A DNA stretch of 64,000 nucleotides. It comes from Neoechinorhynchus agilis. Its lineage: Eukaryota; Animalia; Acanthocephala. Both the position numbers and the translations under genes were made by a program. The notes below the pieces were generated by a model. It was given only the letters and a program-made list of their open reading frames with translations, was not told the DNA's origin and did not search any database. Positions 55,772 through 64,000 of the stretch are shown in pieces. Position 1 is the stretch's first letter, and the number at the start of each line of letters is the position of its first letter. Location: assembly GCA_051530055.1 (NCBI GenBank), contig CM121343.1:6170389-6234388 (forward strand). Direction: 5' to 3'.

Positions 55772-57354
55772 CTAACCAGCTCTAGTATTATCCACAAGAG
55801 GTTCGCCGACCTTTACGTAGCTTTGTTTTAGGCGACCTTTCACACTATTTGCGCTGACGGTTGCACTTGGCTCGACATGTTCAGATTTTGTATGGATGTG
55901 TTCTGGAGGCAAAATGCGCCTTCTTTTCTTCGGTAGTTTGGACCTCGCTTGAGTATGTGAGTAGAACATGGCAAAATTCGATACGATAACTGGAACCGGA
56001 AGCGCGATGGTCAGTACACCAGTAAGTGCGCAGATTCCGCCAACTATCATCCCCATATACGTCTTGGGTACCATGTCCCCGTAACCTACGGTGGTCATGG
56101 TCACAATGGACCACCATAGACCTTTTGGGATTGAATTGAAGTCGTTGTCCACGTTGGACTGCACTCGCTCGGCATAGTAAATCAATGAAGCGAATATTAC
56201 AATAAATAAAACTAGAAAAAAGATTAACAATATCAGTTCTCGCATTGACACTTTAATTGTTTGTATTAGAATCTTGAGGCCGCCATGATGCCTGGTGAGC
56301 TTGAACAGCCTGAATATTCGAATGATAGATAAAGACTCGATTACATCATTTTTAACGACATTGTGGATTCGCTGGAAGCTGATATCCAAATAGAAAGAGA
56401 GCGTCGCAACGAAGTCGATTAAATTTACCGGTGATTTGATGAAGGCCAATTTGTTCGGGCTAACCAAAAATCGTATGATCAGTTCTATCGTGAACCAAAT
56501 ATTGCAAATGACTTCAACATAGAAAAACGCCTCCGATACGGTGTATCGATTCCTAATAGGATTAGAACTCGCAGATGATGATGCCGCGGATGATGAGTTG
56601 AATCGACGACGCTCTTCAGCTTGATTTCTTATTGATGGCAGCGTTTTAAGACAGAACGTAATTATCGAAACACAGATAAAAAATATTGAACTGGCTGCGA
56701 CTACCTTATAAAAACGGCTTAAGAAATTAAAACAGTGATGAGAAAAATGAATAACCTTCGCATAAGTTGAGGAATACGGCTCATCGAAAAGTTGCCATAT
56801 TTTAGGTTGCAATCTCCGATACCAAGGTAAGGTGCTCAAATACTCCTGTAAACTCATGTTGCTATGCCTAATGTTCATATCAAACTCAAATCCAAATCTT
56901 TTGGCAATTGCTTCGTCCGTCGGAGGTTCGGTGTCGATGTCCAGTCGGTCGAGTACCATCAATACCTCTTCAGTGTCTCTATTTACAAATAAATCGAAGT
57001 TTTCACAGCGATGAAGAAGCAAAGGATAAAATACCTATGTGTAGTATATGTCATCCAGCAACACGGCTCCACTTGATTAGCGTCCAAGCCCCAATACTCC
57101 AGTTCTGCTTCGAACAATGGACCACACACGTCTGTTGGATAATGTAACTTGCCGGTTCGATAATAGTTTAATATTTGTGCAAATACACCAGGATGCCGAT
57201 CAAAAAAATACTCGTTTAATACAGGATCGTAATTAGATAAGGCTTCCGTTAATCTCGAAAGTCGAGTTGCAGGGATCTTCTTTAAGGTTGTTTTGTAGGT
57301 TTCGTGCCGTACGCCACCGACGTTTAACGTTACTCTGTTATCTGCATCGGCCAT
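55772..57354 (-). CDS. Shaw: Voltage-gated K+ channel, Shaw/Kv3 family
   Basis: T1 domain [11 protein letters not shown]...[11 protein letters not shown]...[15 protein letters not shown]4 [11 protein letters not shown], pore [13 protein letters not shown]6 [10 protein letters not shown]; introns near 56980-57033 and 56705-56755. Confidence 0.96.
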
Positions 57355-58306
57355 CTACATGAGCATTGTACGCATTCTAAACAATAAAGGAAGATGTGAT
57401 ATTAAGCAGTGATTGTTTCCAAATTAACAGGTAAATTTGATTGTTTAATGATTCTTGGACGTCAAACAAAACCCTGAAATATCCACGAGTTCGATTTATT
57501 CAATTTCATTTTAGCGTCATAAGAAAAATTGAATTTTACAAAGCGATGGTACGCAATACAAATTAGATTTTCACATATGATTTAATGTTAGGTTTTTTTT
57601 GCGAATTCATAATTACCATCGTGTCCACAATACTGATAATTCAATTTAAAGACATGCTCATCCTCTCAATTCTGTGGTCATTTTTCGATTGTGGTTAACG
57701 AAGCAGCTCAAAAGCAATTTCATGACACCCTTGCGCAACTTTTTCTCCCAAGCGAAACTAATGAAACCGTTCTACAACTAGTTCGTTTTTATCGCTTCCT
57801 GGAAACTTTCTAGACATTCGAGTTAAATTGAACGTGAGAGTTTGGCGTGTTTTTCTGCGATCTTTTCTTCAAAATATCGATAGGTTAAAATCTCAAGGTA
57901 CACAACTCACAATTATAGATGACTAGGTGCAGTTCAGAGTGCACGACGTCTCCTTTTCGCGTACGATTTGGACGAAACTGAAATTAGGCGGGTGTTGTGA
58001 AATACATATGATAATCTAGTAAAATTTGATTCATCAATAGCGAATGAAGAGCACTAATGGAAGCGACAACGGAACGTGTGTCTCTGGGTTCGAGCCATCT
58101 CTTCAGAGTTAAGTGGCGGTTGCACTGCTAACAATCTGCATAAGCACTGGCTGCGATCGTTGCGTAGCGTATGAGCAAGTTTAAGACTCTAGCAGGGTTG
58201 GAAGATTTTACAAGACTGAATATCATAAAGACAAAAGCCACCGTCTAATCGAGTATTAGAAGCTATTTTATGCTACAAGGGAGTGCGATTAAACAAAAAT
58301 TCAAGT

Positions 58307-59200
58307 CTATTGTTCCAAGGAGACGACGTGGGCTGGAGTACTTCTAAGTAAAGGCGCATTCTTTTCAAAAAAACTTAAGACGATTCCGTACTGAGTATAG
58401 AACACAGCTACATAAATGATAAGATCAATAATGGGCTTCCAAACGATAAGGAAAAATGACACAACATAAACCATCACTTGCAAACACTTTTCAGTATTAT
58501 AGACATCCTCATTCTGGATAATGAACATTTTGGCAGGATAGGTGGGAGTTTTGCCCATAATTTCATTTTCATATGAATACGTCCGCCCATGGCGTTTTCA
58601 GAATCGACAAAGGCCTATAAATCAAAGTGAATTTCGCAATGACACTCAACAAATATCCCAAGCAGATTTGTATCCGGATCCACTACGTACACAGCCATCA
58701 TAGTCACTCGCATTTTCTACACAAACACCATCTATATTTCTCATAGGGGAATCTAAGATAATGCGCAACGGATAACACGTACACCACATGAATTTGTTAG
58801 GAGGATTGTGCCAATAGATGAACCTATAATCCCATCTAATCCACTTACTTTTATTAACTCTTAAATTCTGTTATGCTTAGCAAAATGTTCAACGAGGTTT
58901 AACTGCGGTTCTTTTGATAAAACGCTTTTCTGGAAAGAACCCAATCGATTCCAGTGCAAATTTTACTCTGGCCAATTTATACCATTAACCTAATGTGTGT
59001 AACTAATCCATGCTGCCAACAACTGTAATTGGTGGTAGTATTTAAAAGATGCCGGATCTATGTGAGTCCAAAACAAAATAGAAAAGCGCCAAACTTGATA
59101 TTGCTTTACACATGTTAATCGTTTCCTCTTTTCTAGAGCTTTTATCACATTTATGTAGTCTCGTGGATACCATTACTCAATTTATGAATTTGGAGTTCCC
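58307..59200 (-). CDS. Candidate multi-exon orphan gene (Trp/Cys-rich), structure uncertain
   Basis: Phase-compatible exons give ...FIKRTANLRVNKSKWIRWDYRFIYWHNPPNKFMWYGVCVENASDYDGC...; there are two alternative 3' splicings and no recognised family. Confidence 0.3.
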
Positions 59201-61638
59201 CTGAACGTGTTCACCAAATAAATACCGTCCATTTTGCTATTTCGTAAAAGAAGCCAAATCACCTTCTAAAAAGATAGTACCAACCGCCAAAACGTATTGT
59301 ATTCCACATTACCTAGTTAGCAAATATATATATATATAATAGACACTAAAATTGAGTGATCGAGCTACTAAATCGCTCTTTTAAATTCTGAGATAACCGA
59401 CAATTTCATCTGGGTAATCTTCATTCCTGATAGTCGAGAACAAACGCAAATTTTAATTCCTGAATAAATTATTTAAACCGATCGTTTTTAGTTTAAAATT
59501 CCCCGTTTAATGGGGCCTTTTATGTTAATGCGGGAAAATTATTGGGCTATGCCCCGGTGCCCTTTTTCTTAGAAACAAGTACATACCGTTTACATTCACT
59601 CCGGCTGTCGGGTTAGTATTTCTGTTGGACTTATAATTTATACACTTGTTTTTCTGAGTTAGATACGATCTGAAATTGTTTATAATTCTACAAGTTAAAC
59701 CCTGGCAGTTTTCATTATTTTTATAATAATTCCTTATATTTTTCTTAAATTGTTTTTAACGGGAATTATCATAGGGTTTTCAACGCAAACTTGTCCCCTG
59801 ATTTTATTTGGAATTAGTTCATGTTTTTGCTCATCTTTTTGAAGCCACCTTGTTGTTTTCGTTTCGAAACCTACATATCCATATATTCGCGACAGCCTGA
59901 AAATCTAAACGTCGATTTGAAATCCATAATTTCAAATGCAATATTACATTTGTAACGAATAAAAGTATTTGATGGGATGATTGGAAAGTACGATTTCCCT
60001 TAAAAAATCTAGGTTAAAATACAAAGACGTATTTTCAGTGTGGCCTTGTCACCATTAAATTGCACATGGGTTGGTTGTATAATAAATATATTTCCGGATA
60101 AAGTCTCACGGGAAACATTAAGTGAAAGCATTCATCTCACATTGCGGTTCAGATTACGTTACTTGGGGCAGAGATTACATGTGCACTGGAGGTGTAGTTA
60201 ATCAGGCCCTTCCGTTGCACCGGTACTAGGCTGCCGTTTGTCTACAGTCACTGCACAAGCTTTCTCTTTTGTAGAAAAGAACGACAGTAAATTAAATCAC
60301 GCGTACGATCGTTGCAATCATAACATTTTGGTTTCTCACTACCAGTTTCCCTCTGGGCTGAGACGTTGAAAAGATACCAAGAACCGATAAAGTAGCTCAT
60401 TGAAATAGCACCATAGACAGTAGCAGGAACAGCAATATAGTGGCATACATGTACCAGTGTGCACTGCCATCTAAGTACTTTTAAGAGCATCAGCAAGTGT
60501 TAGCTGAGCGTCTTTCTTAAGGTTCCTCAAATGTCATACTGCTTGCTCTTCAATCTTTTACTATATCGTAACACTTTAACACATTAGCGACAATGGTTAC
60601 AACAGTCACAAGGGACATGGAATCTACAACTAGGAATACACACAAGTTATCTCCTTTTGCTACGCAAAACCATTCTTATCAAAGACTTGGTGATTTACTT
60701 CAACTCTGTGGTCGATTAAAACTTAGGACTTACAAACCGACCTGCTCATCCTTGGGAATATTTAACAATTCATTTTTATGTTCGCAATTTGATTTTCAAT
60801 GAGTAATGATATTGGTTCGGCTGAATGGTCTCTGTGGAAAACTGGATGCTAATGCACTTGTAGTGTCGGCTCTTTCTCGCACACTCGGATTCCTTCCAAT
60901 GTTTCAAAATTATACCGAAGACGAAAAATCACAGGAGGTAGTCAACAAAAGTGCGAGCTCCACGGTACCACAACTTCCCTGGGCGGACGTAGTTGTGCTT
61001 CTTAATAGCAGTCGATCAAGTGCAACCGTCTCGGATAAAGAAATCAGTCTTATTATACATACGTCTTGCATGGTAGCGCTTGATCGGTTTCGCTTTATAT
61101 AGAGAGCTCTAACACTCGTGTAACATTTTCCGCACTTTTGTACGTCTCAGTCGGTTTCTCCATCGAATGGACAAAGTAGCATCCGCTTTTGATTTGCGCT
61201 TCCATTTGTGATTTAAACAAAAAATTCAATGACTGCCACTTCGCATCCTAACTAATTTATGAATCTGTCGATTATATTTAAAAAACTGAATAATTAATTT
61301 ATACATTTTTTCAAGTACCAACTTCTGAGCGATAAACGCATTATCTCCCTTAAAGTAAGAATCATTAACACTTGGTGGCTTGATAATCTTATTTTCAAAA
61401 AGATTAGGCGTTTACGATCGTATCAACCATGGACGCTATTTTTTAAATTTGAGATTTGGTTGCATTTGAATGGAAAGTTGACGATCGGTGTTTTGGCATT
61501 TTATGTAAAAATTTTCTATGTAAATGGCATCAATAATTATTTTTGTTTTTCCAGCAACATTCAGTGTCACAGACAATTGAGTCTTGAATGCATTCAGAAT
61601 CATTGCTACAATGTTGATGCTCAATATAAAATCGGCAC

Positions 61639-62968
61639 TTAGAAATCACACACTTGTTTTGCCGATATTCCTAGATTTTTGTGATGTTCAAAAATAACCT
61701 TGTTCGTAGTACATAAAATGAAATCGTCGATTTTAGTATCCTCAACATCTTTGATGAACTCATGACGGAATAGTTCAATATAGTCAGGCCTGTAAGTGAC
61801 ATCCTTTGTGAGACACCGTGATACGAAATCGCGCATCACTTCTGAGTAATCGATCGCAAGTAGACAAGGTTGTTCGTCGCTTTGGATTTGACTTAACATT
61901 TGGAAAAAGGTTCCAGAAAATGGGTGTTTACCATTAGCGATCTCAATCTAAATTATGATAGCATTTAGGCAATGAACAAAATGATTCAATTTTGATTACA
62001 ATACTAATTCCTAAGCTCCATACATCCGAGCGGATGTCATATGGACCGACGGGTTCTATCCGTTCCGGTGCAAAATATGGCCTACATCCCTTATTGAAGG
62101 TCTTCGCTACTGAGTCAACCAATTTCCCACTGATTCCAAAATCGCACAGCTTGAATTCGCCTTTTCCATTAGCGAGCATATTTGAGGGTTTAACATCCCG
62201 ATGTATTATATCGTTGTTCCTTAAAAACTCAAGAGCTGAGACAATCTAGATACAATGAATCAGAATGATTATACATCCAATTCCATACTATACACTGTGT
62301 ATTAAATGCCGCAATAAACTCTCCGGTATGCTGCCTGATACAACCTTGGGATACAATTTATAAAAAGCGTCCATTGAAATATCCATAGCTTCCATACATA
62401 TCCAAATATCGCCCTCTAATAGAGCCACTCCATAAAATTGAACGATACAAGGATGATGCCCACATGCTCTAATCACACTCACATCCATATCGACTATTTT
62501 AGTTTCTTCATCGTTCATACTGAGTCTTATACGCTTAAGCCAGAAGTTTTCTGTTAAACTTTTATAGAGCAACAACCGTTTTAATACCTTGACAGCCATT
62601 CGGATATTATCATCGTTTGATACTTTCATCAATTCTACGGTGCCGAATGCACCCGAACCCAGTGTGGCTATGTGCTCAAGATCATTTACCTTGACCGAAA
62701 GTTGCTCGCCTTTGTAAGATAAGGGACCAACTGCACTTAAAAAACTTGAAACATATTCAAATGTGCCCGAACTCGCTAGACTTTCTATTCTTTTACTTCT
62801 TGCTTCAGAAACAAAGTCTTTTTCTGTACGTTGGACATCGAGACGAAGTCTGGGAAGTGGACTTCTTCTACGAAGACGATTGCCTTGAACCCCCTGATTT
62901 CAAACCGATATCGTGCAAAACTCATTAATGAAACGTACCTGAAGATTTGGGCTCAGCGCGTTCGACAT
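61639..62968 (-). CDS. Stress-activated MAP kinase kinase (MKK4 / MKK3-6 family), multi-exon
   Basis: D-site RLRRRSPLPRLRL, LGSGAFGTV, MAVKRIR, EGDIWICME, HRDVKPSNML, DFGISGKLVDSVAKT (S-x3-T), GCRPYFAPERI, SDVWSLGI. Confidence 0.92.
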
Positions 62969-63368
62969 GGCAAGTCTTATAAACGCAGTCTGCAGAAAAT
63001 GCGCTCAATAAATTATGAAATTCAACGCACGCAGTTGTGGTGCTCGCATCTTTCCATAACATAATGACAGAATGTAAGTATGAGCAACACTCACGAGAAG
63101 ACTCAAATTTTTGAGTTTGTCATTTTGTAGGTACTTTAAGAATGAGTGGCCAATTGTAACGCTCCTGCTTTCAATACCTTAGAGAGAGTTATTGAAAAGA
63201 AAAACAATGCCAACCAAACGAGAATCTTTGTGACTCACATCCAACCACAATTACAGCCATTGAATCAAAAACTGGTAATTTTTAACGCTCTTTTTGGTGA
63301 TTTGAGCAGATCATGGAATTGTCTCAAATCATAATTGCTGATAGTCCACATCTCACATTTCTATTTTT

Positions 63369-64000
63369 GATCAACAATTAGGTATCCGCAGTTGAATTTA
63401 AAGAATTGTATCTTAGAAAAAATTCGCATATCAAAAACCTTTTTGCAGTTTTCACAAAACATATCCTAAAACTTCATATGAATATTAATAAAGAGAAAAA
63501 CATTTAAAAAAAGACCGTATATAATTAATTCTAATTATTGGATAGTCACGAGCTGCAGTACGAATAATGAAACTTCGAATTGCTCTTTTTCAATTAATCA
63601 AACACATTGGAAACGGAATTAAATGGAAGCAAATATTCTGGCTGTGATCAACAATTAGGTATCCGCAGTTGAATTTAAAGAATTGTATCTTAGAAAAAAT
63701 TCGCATATCAAAAATCTCTTTTGCAGTTTTCACAAAACATATCCTAAAACTTCATATGAATATTAATAAAGAGAAAAACATTTAAAAAAAGACTATATAT
63801 AATTAATTCTAATTATTGGATAGTCACGAGCTGCAGTACGAATAATGAAACTTCGAATTGCTCTTTTTCAATTAATCAAACACATTGGAAACGGAATTAA
63901 ATGGAAGCAAATATTCTGGCTGTGATCAACAATTAGGTATCCGCAGTTGAATTTAAAGAATTGTATCTTAGAAAAAATTCGCATATCAAAAACCTTTTTG
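63369..64000. repeat. Tandem array of 277-278 bp units, at least 2.3 copies, continues past the window end
   Basis: gatcaacaattaggtatccgcag recurs at 63369, 63646 and 63924; the units differ only by a few substitutions or indels. Confidence 0.96.

Noticed and set aside
58307-58558. ABCD transporter similarity (WKPIIDLIIY)
   Set aside because: Only a short hydrophobic match; no further TM helices or ABC cassette nearby.
60248-61075. Minus-strand gene with TGA read as Trp
   Set aside because: Several frames look equally plausible and are also broken by TAA/TAG; no consistent exon chain or family was found.
63369-64000. Tandem unit as an SL RNA or 5S rRNA gene
   Set aside because: It has an ag/gtatc donor-like site but no convincing Sm-binding site or stem-loops, and no 5S similarity.

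Overview
Eukaryotic (invertebrate animal, probably protostome) nuclear DNA with compact genes split by very short GT-AG introns (mostly 30-70 nt); the species cannot be identified from the sequence alone. Recognisable genes in order: DAPK (kinase-ankyrin-ROC/COR-death), a RING-less CNOT4-like RRM+CCCH gene plus a decayed tandem paralogue, a HECT E3 ligase, a GID8-like LisH/CTLH protein, SCAR/WAVE, FoxP, Shark tyrosine kinase, a TFIIIC/GTF3C2-like WD40 gene, chitin synthase, ACTL6/BAF53, a Shaw/Kv3 channel and an MKK4/3/6-family MAP2K. A retroelement graveyard at 42.9-48.5 kb holds CRE, Penelope-like and two tandem L2/CR1-like LINE remnants, with further fragments elsewhere. Seven mutually unrelated long fold-back hairpins are scattered through the window, and a 277-278 bp tandem array runs off the right end. 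Most notable: (1) WAVE ends TDL-TGA-L-V-TAA, so its conserved Arp2/3-binding Trp exists only if a UGA-C stop is read through; (2) a near-perfect hairpin built from LINE RT sequence starts at the stop codon of the CNOT4-like gene; (3) the DAPK ROC domain lacks its P-loop; (4) frame breaks in DAPK and ACTL6 can be rescued by mini-introns made of exon-like sequence. Exon boundaries and homologies were derived by eye, not by database search.
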